Assembly (NCBI GenBank): GCA_044892525.1
Contig: CM097885.1
Coordinates: 47,307,727-47,371,726 of the forward strand
Source of the DNA: Schmidtea polychroa
Lineage: Eukaryota
Length of the DNA stretch: 64,000 nucleotides
Direction: 5' to 3'
Both the position numbers and the translations under genes were made by a program. Each line of letters opens with the position of its first letter. The first letter of the stretch is position 1. Shown here piece after piece: positions 7,551 through 20,219 of this stretch. The notes under the pieces were generated by a model. The model did not search any database, had not been told where the DNA came from, and was given only the letters and a program-made list of their open reading frames with translations.

Positions 7551-8875
7551 GATATTTCCTCTAATTTTTCAATCAAAAAGTTGATTATATATGCTAAATA
7601 AAAAAAATTAATAAACATTATAAAATTCATATTTTACCTTTTTCAGACATGGTTGAAAATAATTAAAATGAAAAAACTAATTCTGTTTATACTATTATTC
7701 AAAAGCAACAACATTTACCAAGATTTATTATAGTTTTTGATAAACTTTTATACAACACCTAAAACTTTCAATAGTTTCAATAAATTCATTAATTTTTCAC
7801 ATCGGGCTTATCGATATGATTATCTTCAAGAATTGTTTCTGAGCGATTAACAAGGAAATTCATGTTATTAAATATTGGGATTAAATACGAGTTCATCAAT
7901 TTTTAGACTACCATTATTGATTTTAAATTATTTTCTTGTTTAATAAATGAGTTGTTTTAATGTATCTGTTATAAATGTGTGCAGAATATAAGTATTTTCA
8001 TAAATTTATTAAGAAATTACTGATGACCACGAGATCATTCAAGTTGTTAAACTGCACCGTTGAAGATTTTATGAACAATTATGATACTCTCACTGAAAAG
8101 GAAGCCATAAAAATTTTAGAAATTTTCAAACATTCCTCCATTGGATATTTGATTGATTTATTTAATTACAATAAATGCATTTTGAAGTTATCGATTTATT
8201 TGATGCATTTAGACAAAGCAATAGTAGATAATGATTCATTGAATGAATGCTTCTGGAATTGTATGGATTTAAGGCTGGAACCAGAATATAGTAGTAGATT
8301 GATTTATGAATGGATATCGAAATCCGATTTGATTGAAAATAAGCTAACGAAAAAACTCAATGATGGTAGGAAAATGTATTTAACTTGTTACATTTGTAAA
8401 GAAAATCAAGTATCGGTTTTGTTTTTACCTTGCGGACATGTAACTGTATGTTCTAAATGCCATGATTCAAATGTTCGCAAATGTAAACCATGTTCAATGT
8501 ATATTAATGAGTATCATACTATATACATTTAATAAACATTTATTTCTTTACCTTTGTTATTAATACTTTGAATATTGTAAATAATAAAACTATGTTTCAA
8601 ATAATAATATTCAAACTAAACCAAATTTACAAACTACCGCACAGCCCCTTCGGGCGGGCGGGCGAACGGCGGTTGTGTATGTCGATGATAATGCATTTGT
8701 TTGATTTCAGAATTCGATTTGTGTGACTAACCTTGTTAAATTTGAGTTGATGTATTCGAGCGGGGGAAAAAAATTGACCTTGACATTAAAAAAAATTTTT
8801 TTGACCTTGACCTTGGGGAGGGGTAGGGGGGTGTCCTGGATGTGACATGTCCTGGAGGTGCATTATCCTACTACT
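7551..8875. mobile_element. Right end of a second, related Polinton (B) into which A appears inserted
   Basis: Ends GGGGGGTGTCCTGGATGTGACATGTCCTGG...ATCCTACTACT, similar to but diverged from the 7550 terminus; TGACCTTGA at 8775 and 8802. Confidence 0.75.
7975..8532 (+). CDS. C-terminal RING (C3HC4, IAP/MDM2-type) putative E3 ubiquitin ligase; start may be ATG 8023
   Basis: CYIC...VLFLPCGHVTVCSKC....CKPC...IYI-stop; no BIR recognised; AATAAA at 8531. Confidence 0.82.
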   Translation: MCAEYKYFHKFIKKLLMTTRSFKLLNCTVEDFMNNYDTLTEKEAIKILEIFKHSSIGYLIDLFNYNKCILKLSIYLMHLDKAIVDNDSLNECFWNCMDLRLEPEYSSRLIYEWISKSDLIENKLTKKLNDGRKMYLTCYICKENQVSVLFLPCGHVTVCSKCHDSNVRKCKPCSMYINEYHTIYI

Positions 8876-10396
8876 GAAGAGAATTTGAAGTTTTAGATCT
8901 TTTTAATATAATTATCTTACTTTTGAATATGTTTCTGTTTAAAAACTTTAAAATAATTTTATTTTTGTTTTTTAAAGTTTTCCTATTGCTTTTAATGTTT
9001 CTAATTCAGATTTATGCAGTCAATATGTAAAAAATTATTTGTTTTTTATAAAATTTTCAAATTGAAAGCCACAATCCAAAGTTTATTATTTCTTTATAAT
9101 TTAAAAGATTATTCCAATAAATATTCATAAAAAATTTTTAAAAATTTTAAAAATTAATCCAAAGACAAAAATAGTTTCAAAATACAATTTTTAAAATGAT
9201 ATTCGATGGGATTTCTAAGACAGACTAGCTTCAATCTTATTGAGCTCTCATTGGTATTATGTAAAATCTCAATTTCCTCCGAAATCGCTTTTTAATGTAT
9301 TTGACAAACTGTAGTGGTAAAATATATTAAACTTTCTTCTAAGATTGAAGGAGAAAAAATAATTTTGATGATATATGCATATATTTTTAGATATTCCATC
9401 ACTAAAAACAAATTTTGAGATTTGATTAATGGAAAATACTTTCTGAACCAATATATTCCTAAACAATAATAAATGCCATGGAAATATAAGAGGTTTAATT
9501 TGGAAATTCAATAATCTAATAATATATCGAAACATAATTTAACTTTTCTATGTTATTCTTTATAAGTTAAATGACATTGAAAAAGTGATATAATTTCTTT
9601 ATATTATTAGACTTTGTTCTCAGAATAAAATCTTAAAAGTAATAATAATGATAATAATGCTAATAATTAATAATTTAAATAATAATAATAATAATGCGAG
9701 ATTTCCGACAAATTCCAGAGAAAATCCAGAAGAGTGAGAAAACTGACATAGAAGCCCTTTAAAAACATTATTTTGTAAATTAAATATAATAGGGTTGGGG
9801 GGCTCTCTTTATCCCTTAATTAATGTATATTTACAAGCTGATCGTCGTGGTGGGCGGTTGTAATCCAACTAGTGGGAGGCCTCTGTGAATAGATATTGTT
9901 GTTAGTAGAAACATTAATTAATTTGGTTATAGTATCAATGACGCATTGTCATGCTCGCACATTTGTAATATATTTTTAATACGTTTCGAATGTGCGGGTA
10001 GTTGACTACCCTGACATGCTAGGCGTAATGTTCCGTACGGAGAACTATAATGTCCAGGTTCTTCTGACCCCACTTGGGGGAGGCACAGACGACCCTTTTG
10101 GACGCGAACAAATATCCACCGTGTCTTTCAGGCACAGATATTTGGTCACTGCTCATTAGGCCTGGGAATACTAAATGCATAACCTTTGTCTTGTCCTCTC
10201 TTGTATTGATTTTTATAGTTTAAATAATTATTAAAAATAGTATGAGGGTTTAAAATTTAACATGTGATAAGTTTTATTTTAAAATTATTTACTAACCCTA
10301 ATAAAACGCATATTTTCAGTGCAATATATATATATGCTTTAAGCTCAAAATACATTTTTTATTTACTCAAAATTGACATATAATTCCTTAAAATTG

Positions 10397-11251
10397 TACC
10401 CTTAATTGTTGACGAATGTCTATAGGTTAGGTCATATCAATAATAGATAACGATCGAATTTCTCAGGATTTTAATAAATGTTTAGTTTTAATATGAGAAT
10501 AGGTTTTCTTAAGTATAGTATTATATATTTTAAATGTGTATATAAAATTTGGATGAAAAAGGTTTAATTGTTTTGAGTGTGAATAAATAATGATGTCATT
10601 TTGTAGAGTTTTAAATTCTATTGTTTGAGTTGACAATTATTCACATTTACCACTCATTATTTTCAAAAATTATAAAAACTTCATTTATTATAACTAGAAA
10701 TCTTATTTTTTTAAAATAGATTAAAATTAAACTTACAAAGTTTTTAAATTATGTTTTTTAAAATAATATTTAAAAATCAGAAGTTCGAATTAATTAATTT
10801 AAGAATTCTAAATTAACATGTTATTCGAATTACCTTTAATTTTTAACGAATTTCTATAGGTTAGGTCATATCACCAATAGATAGAGATAACGATCGAATT
10901 TCTCAGGATTTTAATAAATGTTTAGTTTTAATATGAGAATAGGTTTGCTTAAGTATAGATTAATAATTTATGTTTTAAATGTGTATGTAAAATTTGGCTG
11001 AAACAGGCATTGGTTTAGGTGTTTTGAGTGTGAATAAATAATGATGTCATTTTGTAGAGTTTTAAATTTTATCTATATATTGCTTGAGTTGACAATTATT
11101 CACATTTACCACTCATTATTTTCAAAAATTATAAAAACTTCATTTATTTTTTTATTTATTTTTTAAAATAGATTAAAATTAAAGTTACAAAGTTTTTAAA
11201 ATGGTTTTTATTAAATTTTATTAAATTTAAGAATTCTAAATTAACATGTTA
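10397..11251 (+). repeat. Tandem duplication, two ~430-bp units
   Basis: CTATAGGTTAGGTCATATCA...GATCGAATTTCTCAGG...CACATTTACCACTCA occurs from ~10420 and again from ~10855. Confidence 0.85.
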
Positions 11252-14200
11252 ATAATTATGAATTAGTTGCAGAAATTAGTAGGTTTTAGTAGTGCCTTAA
11301 CATATTATCATTTTATTGAATATTGAGAAACATAGTTGAGAAATGAATAAACTTTAAAAAAATATATTTACCAATAAGATTTATTATTTTCAATAATAAT
11401 TTCATAAAACCGAGAGAAATTTTATTTAATAATATTTACTGTGACAAATAGAAATTCGAATTGATATAAATATTTAATATCCTGATATAAAATCTCACAT
11501 ACCCCAAATAAAAAACACTAATAAAAATATGAACAGTTTTGCGCACAGTGCTAACACATATAGTTAACTAGTCATCGGTATGTTATTACTTTGCTGCAAT
11601 ATTTTTATAATCTTGTTACAAATTGCTTAAATATTTTACAACTGTTGAAATTTTTACAAAATATGTTATTGCACTTTGATGAAAAATGTTGTAATTTAAT
11701 GAAAGGTTTCATAATTTTGTGGTAATTTAGTGTAAATTATTTATTAAATTGCTGTCATTCAACGAAATAATTTCCTACTTTATTGCAACTTAATGAATAC
11801 TTTATAACATTATTGTAATTTAATGAGAGATTTCGTTATGTTGTTTTGATTTATTGTAATATTTTTCTAATCATTAATTGAAATAATTTATTATTTTACA
11901 ATAATTAGTGATTGAATATAGTTTAAAATACTGTAATAGAAGTTATTATTATTTAATAATGTAATGAATTTTACAGTTTTGATTTTACTCATATGTAATA
12001 AGGATGCAATATTAATGCATGATTTTGATTGGTTGGTATGTGCTTAACCTCTATGACTTGTATGTATTGAATAATAATATTAATATGTGCGTAGTGCGTA
12101 GTAACATTTGAGTGGGTTTATTGTAATATGTATTAACATATTTTACACTAAGGTCTGTTACTTGTTGATTCTAAATAATTTCCTACCCTTACTCGATTTA
12201 TTGATAACTAAAACATGTTGGTTTGTAAATATTTCAATAAAAATGAATTAATGAGAAAGAAATATATTTGTTTAAAAAGATGTGCAAATTCAAAAATGGT
12301 GTACTAAAAATGAAATTTCAGAATTTTTATTACATCATAGTCTCATTCTATAGAGAATTAAATTTACTGCTGGGGTACCACTCGGTTGAATCCGTTCATG
12401 TTAACTCTTTTCTCTAAGGGATGATTGTCCAATTGCGCTAAATAACCACTCATCCTTCAACTCCGAGCAGGACCCTGCACAACCTATCCTCCAACATAGT
12501 GCCCGTGAATTGCTTCACGTTGGAAATGCACTATGCCGGCGAGACGCCAGTAAGCAGGTGCGCCCCTGCCTTAGGACTACTACTTACTGAGGCCTCGACT
12601 TCCCATTCACGACTGCCGATAGAAGGGTTTACGTCCATTCACATTACACAACCATTTATCAGAATTTCGTTAAATGCAAATTGGGGATTATTTACTGGAT
12701 CTCGAAGACTTTCAGCTCATCACACTTAATCAACGTCAGACTACTCATGAGAAAAACGCATAAAAAAACAAAATTTATTGATTTCAATATTATGATACAG
12801 AAATTCAACTATACACATTACGATGTCCTTCAAAGGAAAAGAAAAGTACCACAACAAATGTAGATGGAATTGTCGGAAATCACTATGCACGTTCACCGCG
12901 GTTTCTCATTTCTCCCATTCGGTGTCGGCGAGTAATTCGTCCAAATCAAAGAACTCGGAGGCATTTTCCTCCCATGTCACGCCAGCTGCTGAGATAATTC
13001 GTGCTGGGGGCCCTGTAGTTAGGTCTATGGATACGTGAGAACTACCGACGTTGGTTGGATTTTCCGTTGGGGGGTCGTTCGACTTTATTGATGCGCGCTC
13101 GCGCTGCCTCTTCTTGCGCTCGGCACGTGACAGCTGTCGACGCTTGGGTTTTGAAGCTGTAGAGTTGTTCAGCGATGCGACAGACGTAGATGCGACATTA
13201 GGTTGCGCTTTACTAGTTCCCGTAAAAACAACATCCAGACGTTTCGGTGAAAGCTCGGTTTCCACGCACTCACGACAAGATCGTTTGAATGGAGATGATG
13301 ACTTTGAGGTGTCATGGTGCACTGGGAATAAATTGTCAGCTTCATTTATATGAATCTACACGATCTTCTTAGTTGTTGTGGCTTGTATATATACCTTATG
13401 TAGAGCTTCGGATTGCTCTTTAATCAGGCTTCGTTGGGAGCGGCTCTCGGAGATTAGAGCATCCCTGCAGTGCTCGCTACGATAGAGCTTCTTCTGCACC
13501 TCTTTCATCTGCACTGGGCTGAACCATGTTGTTCCAGCTCGTCGATTTTTCGTTTATATCGACCGATCTGGGCTTGAAGATCTTTAATCACTGCATTTTT
13601 ATCTGAGCAGGAGAAGCAGGGACGTAGAGCTGATTTGTTGTTTGATAACATAATGGATGGCTAAAGAAGAAAACTATGATGACTATATCTAAAAATTTCG
13701 GATCAGATATACGGTTTATTCGCTATTGGATACTTAGTGCTGGAAGAAAACAAGACGAGTCGATGAAACAGGATACCTCCCTTCACCCTTGATTACTAAT
13801 ATTTTACGTATCCTTTACAAAAATTATTCCTCAACGCCCTGATTGCTTCCCTGACGAATGCAAATTATTTGTAAAAATTTTAATTTTCGTCTATCGCGTT
13901 CGAGTTGGATTTCTATCTATCGCACATAAAGGCAATTTACGGATTTGTTCATGCCGGAGTGAATAAACCTATTTCATTACAAATACACTATACTACACTT
14001 CGTTTAAATTTCGCTGATTATTTGTTGTTATTCTAATGCAAAATAAGGTTTTTGGACCAAATGCAACTAGTAAAAACTTGCACCCTTACCTCAAGTAGCG
14101 GAATAAGTAACAACTCGTAATTTCGTATAAACTATACGTCACTATTTTATGATTACCCCTTATCCATACCATACGGTGATATCGTCGTAGAAATATAGCA

Positions 14201-16856
14201 TCGTAAAAATATTGTAATTACATAATAATTTGTTATCGGATTTAGTTTTCTATTGCAATACGTAATTTACATGGAATATGAGAAATTTAAATACAATATT
14301 ACTAGCTATTTTATAACCCAAAAATTCCTGTAGATGCTTTAGTTAATTTAAATTTGGCTCGAAGGCTACTACTATTATTTGTAACATCTAATTAGAATTA
14401 CGATAAACCTCTACAACACTTAGGTAAAACTTCCTATGGTTTAGTTATAAAGTTTGGTTTGAATTTTCGGTTATTAATTAAAATACCCCTTCAACAATTT
14501 CGATTTTTATTTAGAATATTTAATTTAAGCAAAATTATCTTTAATGAGTGCACTTTAGAGAGTCTCTTATCTTAGTAGTCGGTTACTGGTTATTTGGCTT
14601 ATCTTTTTAGTGGTACGAATGACCTTTATCAGTAGTGAAATTTAAGAGTCAGTCATCTGGAAGTCACATCTCATGTCAGCATTATCTAATATGACCACTG
14701 ATTACTACTCACACACTAAGAATCCTAGAGAGGGTGACACATGGCGGCATTCCCTGCGGTGAGAGGCATTCGGAATGATTCTGCTGTTTCTCATGCATAT
14801 TTCTGACCGGATGACGCTACTCATAGTTATGTTAGCAGTATGTCTGTATGTATGGGTGCCTATTCGATGGAAATTTTATCTGTAACTATCAACCGTACTG
14901 AGCGAACTGCAAATGTTACATCGCGTGTCGATTCCCATCTGAGCTTATGATGTTGGATTTATTTACTACGACTCGTAATTTCCTCAATATTGGATGTTTT
15001 TGAACGATGGAAGATCTCTACGAACCAGCCAACTAGACTCTATGAAGCATATTTCAGTAGTGGATATTTCGACGCAACAGCATGAAAATTATTCAATGGG
15101 TATTACCAGATTTTGTTAATATATGTGATTGAATACAGTATTATTGTGGTTTTATGTTTTACTTTTCCTTTATTGTAAATTCCTCATCATATGCTAAGAT
15201 TTGGATGTCGCATCTGAAAGAGATGACCTAAATTAGATTTACTTTTTCAAAAATCTACCGAATGCAATTTCAACTTCTCGATATGTTAGAAAACCAGCGA
15301 TGGATGTTTAATGGTATTTTCCCCCACATGGTAAGTTCGGATTTATAGACAGAAGTGGCATGAATGTCTTGTAAGACGACTCTGGACAATACAGAGTTAA
15401 TATGAGAACTCCCTCAGTCGCTGTGAAGCACATATCCTATTTTCGAAAATTTCAGAAGGTTTCCTTTCGGTCTATATTTCGGTACTCTGACAGATTTTAA
15501 GTCCTTCAGCAATTGGACCCGTGAAGAAGCCTTCACATTTCGGCCCAATCTAGCTGCGTGATTGAAATACTCCATGTCCACCGGCTGAGCTCCCGAAAGC
15601 ACCTCACACCATGACATGGAGTATCTCAACGCCACGTTTCTCGTTAATATTAGAAATCATAAAACTATCACTTCAAAATAAATATCCATAAAAATTATGT
15701 AAGAGTTCACCTGTTACCAATAAATACTTTTAAACATTTAAATTATTTACTTTATCAAAATCGTTATTCAGGATCAAATGAAAAGAGAGTCTGTTTAAAT
15801 TTAAAAGTTTAATTGCTCATTAAATATACATATTTACTATTAACTTCGAAAAACAATATCATAAATAAAAATCCCTTACTATGGAATTAGGCTGAATCGG
15901 AAAATTAACGTTAGTCGTTCCAAATTAGTCTGATGATGGTTCGTCGAATGTCGATTGCTGTGACTGATTTCGAATTGCTGTGAAGTTTTCCGAATTAACT
16001 GTTGCTCTACTAGTATTGCTGATCCTTGAAATAAGTCTCCGTGAGTTGTAGATGTCTCTATAAAATGCTTGGGGTTAACAGTAACATTTTAGACATTCTC
16101 TCTTACCTATAAAATGCTTGGGGTTAACAGTAAATTTTATGATTTTGGTGGCTGTATATATAGCAAATTCTTATTTGTGCGAACCAATCAGAGTTGAGTA
16201 CCGCTTATTTTTTCAATTTAATATATTTTTCTTGTTTTTAGGTTATTTTTCCTTATTTCTTTATTTTTAATATGTTTTTCTATTTATTTCCTTAATTTCC
16301 TTATTATTTATTAAATTTTTCCTTATTTATTCGTCAACTTATTGTTCTATTTTAATCTTTTCTTAATTTTATTTTTTGTTTTAATTCTTATGTCTTAATT
16401 ATTATTTTTCTTATATTTTATTCTATTTTATTCTTAATTTCGTTTATTTTATTTTTATTTTCCTTAATGTTCTACTTTCTTACTTTCTTATTTTTCAAAA
16501 ATTAAATTTTCGACTCAGCCCAACAGTATATTGACATAAAAATCTTATAAAAAATCAAAATTTATGACGTAATGATTTAAATAAAATTAAAATTATTACA
16601 TAATTGATATTTAAAACAAAAGTATTATATAATCAACGACTTATACAAATTAAATTGTTATGTAATCTATAAATAAAACAAAAATTAAAATTATTACGTA
16701 ATTAACTATTTAAACAAAGGTTAAAATTATTACGTAATCGAAATTTAAAACCAAATTTAAATTTTAAAATAGGGGGGGGGGTATCTGGATCTGGAGTGCA
16801 CATGGATCTGGACCCCACATAACTATCAACTTTAACCAAAGCATGTTTCGAGTGAG

Positions 16857-17180
16857 TTGATAACTGTGTGCCGTATCGTTATCGAACTGAAACAATCAAA
16901 GATTCAATTTGAAATTCAGGTGGAATTTGAAAAGGATGGAGAAATCAAACTAATTTGTATATCTAATCGTGCTGCTCCTATGACCAGTACTTTTCTGGAT
17001 GATGTTAAAAAGAAATTAAATGAAAAGATTGTTCAATTCACAGAATTAGGAAGTAATTGGAAATTAAATCAAATAATAGAAGTAAATTTCAAAATAACAA
17101 AGGTATTCAGGACATAGTTAAATTCGTACATTTGAATGACTAATTGGTAAAAAAGCAATAATAAATGTACAAAATAATTT
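16857..17180 (+). pseudogene. Fragment of Polinton protein-primed DNA polymerase B, N-terminal region
   Basis: KIVQFTELGSNWKLNQIIEVNFKITK, then after frameshifts SYI...KKAIINVQN, matching the GSGW...SYI.LP...KKAIINV.N block. Confidence 0.65.
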
Positions 17181-18926
17181 TCAGAACAATCATCAAACTG
17201 CTCAGCAAACTGATAATCAAACTGTTCATAAAATAATTCACTAACTTGTGATTATTATTGTTATTGTCATATTGTTCTTATTATTTTTATAATTTTAAAT
17301 AATAATTATGATATATAAACTGACTAACCATTATGTATATGTTACGAATAATAAAAATATATAAAATATAAAATAATATTAAAAATAATAAGTAATACTA
17401 TTAATAATAATAATAAAAATGCAAAATAAATAAAATAAAATAAATAATTAATATAAATGCAATGAAAAAAATAATAATAAATAATAATAATAATAATAAA
17501 ATAATAATAAAAAAATAATAATGAAAAAAAGTATTAAATAAAGCAAATAATTAATCAAATTAAAATAATTAAAAATAATTAAAATAAATAAATAAATAAA
17601 AGTAAATAATGAATACACATAATTTAAAATTCATCAATTACTATTTTCTAGTAAGTTGTAATGGGTGGGGAGGGGTACCAAAAATTGCGCCAGTGGGCAC
17701 GCTAATGGGTACTGGAGTGAGTTCATAATTGTCAATATGGAATTGCAACAGCAAATGATGCTTTATTAATATATTATTTTTTCATCTTTATAGCATACAA
17801 TTTTTGAACAACCTTTCGCTCATTGTGTATGTCATTGTGTTTGTCATTGCACTACTTGATAAAAACTTTTAATATATAAAAATTTTAAGTTTTAGTGTTT
17901 TCAATCATATTTATTGCTAATTTTAAATATTGCTTTTTAAAGTTTTTTAATATTTTTATATTACACAATAAACCATTATTTTAACTGAAGTCATTTAAAA
18001 TTAATAACTCAGGTTTTTATTCCTACAACCGGAATCCAGACGAATAAGCCGTAATTTTCGCCAGTCGTGGCCGCATAATGAAATGAGACCTCCAAAACAT
18101 TATTAATTACTAACTTTTACAAAATTATTTCAGATGTAATTTTTTTCATTATCTAAATGATAACTCTTCAATAAAAAAAAATAAATATTTTTGTATTATA
18201 TGTAACGTGATCACCAAATACTTTGTTTTTTTATTTTCGTTTCATTTAACGAATCCATTTAAACACGTAAATTTAATGTTGATGAACTGAAATTAAATTT
18301 GTTGTTTAAAGTAATTAATTTTATTCAATTGTCAAATTTTATTATACTTGTTTATGTTGTTTTTAATTAAATTTGAAACATTATATTTGAAATTTGTTTT
18401 TTAATTTTTAGAAATTTCACATAAATCACGAGGTACTCCTTGACATCGTTTGTTGAATTTCTTGTGTCAAGGGTTGGTTGTGAACCCATGTGGGTGTTAA
18501 GTAATTTCAGAGGCTTGAATAATTCTCGAAGTAGGGTCCCTCAGTTTTGAAAAAACCATTTTACTATTTTTATCATCCGTCTTGATTTACTAATTGCGGA
18601 TTAAACCCCATAAATATCAAATTTACTATAAAATTTAATGAATTTTTCTTTGAATTTATTAAAAACAGAGCTTGAAGATTATAAATCAGTAATATATCGA
18701 TGTTTTTTGATACTTACGAATTTTCGGCACTGCCTTTTTCATATTGATATATTGATATATTTTTCATATTTTCATATTGATATAAATGTGTTTTATTTGC
18801 TATTTTTTGTGTTATGTGCTTGTTTTTTAATCTTACTATGTTGCGTGTGATAATTATGACCTTTTTATTGTCTCCGTCAGATTAACATTCCTAAATTGCA
18901 TTAAATCAAGTTAAAGTTTAATTAAA

Positions 18927-19456
18927 CACTCATACCTCGTTTAACGGCCTAGATATGTTCCGTGAAAGTTGGTCTCAACGAGAAATGCCGTATAACGGAG
19001 TCAACTATTGAAATATAAACCCATATAAATTTAATAGGATCGGTTGTAATTTTTGATAAAATACATAACGTAGTTTTTAATTTTATATTAATTTATTTCT
19101 TTATATGTATTTCATACAAACATTGCTTACATATAAAATAAAAATAAATAACACTAAATACTTTCAACATATGTACAGTCTCTGAATTCCATGAATGTTT
19201 AGAAACATTTAAGAATAAACACGTCTACTTTTAAGAGTACATATGACTACACTGAAGATTAAAACAGTAAAGTATATATGAGACTGTGCATGAGCTTGGT
19301 ATTCCAGCGACGTCCTAAGAGCATTGGTCGGTGATAAAACCTCAGGGCCGTAGCATTGAAACATTTTGGGCCGTATATTGAAAAAGTGCCATATTTAAAG
19401 AAGACCGCAAAAGCGAAAATCCGTATCAAGAACGACCGTATAGCGAGGTATGGGTG
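18927..19456. mobile_element. pogo/Tigger-like MITE
   Basis: Imperfect TIRs CACTCATACCTCGTTTAACGG / CCGTATAGCGAGGTATGGGTG followed by TA. Confidence 0.55.
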
Positions 19457-20219
19457 TATTGCAGTGAAAACCTACTGTATTTTTATTAGATTTTACCTAT
19501 GATAATTTAATATATAAATATTTATTTGATTTAATTCTATATTACATATTTATTTATGTTAAATTTGTGCTGAAAATTTATTTTCTATATATTTATATTA
19601 CTGCTTCGTTAATTAACGCATTCCCCGATAAAAATTCATTTGCCTCCAGAAAATGTTCTACTCCACGGGCAAGACGGTATATGCCAACATTTAATAAATC
19701 TGCTATTATGACAAGAACTCCTGACAGCTTAATGCCTTACCATATGCGTTATTCCAAAACTCGTTCAAATCTTTTTGATTTTGTCGTTTTGATTTCATTG
19801 GAGAAGCTTTATGGAAAGCTTGATATAATTTATTATACTTTTCATTCTTGTTCATGGCTCTAAAAGTCCAAAATTCATTTTAATTATAATGTGAATTAAT
19901 TTCTTAATTCAAACACATTTATTTCAAAATATTAACAAACTCAAAATATTCCGAAAGTGGCATTTACATTGGCAAAATATGTTATCTCAAATGATGAAAA
20001 TCCGTTAAATAATATTAATTTTCCTCTTATTTTCATAAAATAGTTAAAAATTTAAAATGATGATATTATAGACGATAGCTATAACAAAATAAATGTTTAA
20101 GCATTTAGCATTAATTTAGTCAACAAATACTGAACTTAATTTACTTTTCAACGTGTATGATTTTTCAAAACTTTTAAAGAAATGTAATAAATTGCCTTTG
20201 TTATGTGAAAATTTTTCTG

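Noticed and set aside
10160..10172. GCCTGGGAATAC matches 5S rRNA
   Set aside because: Only about 12 nt; flanks do not match 5S.
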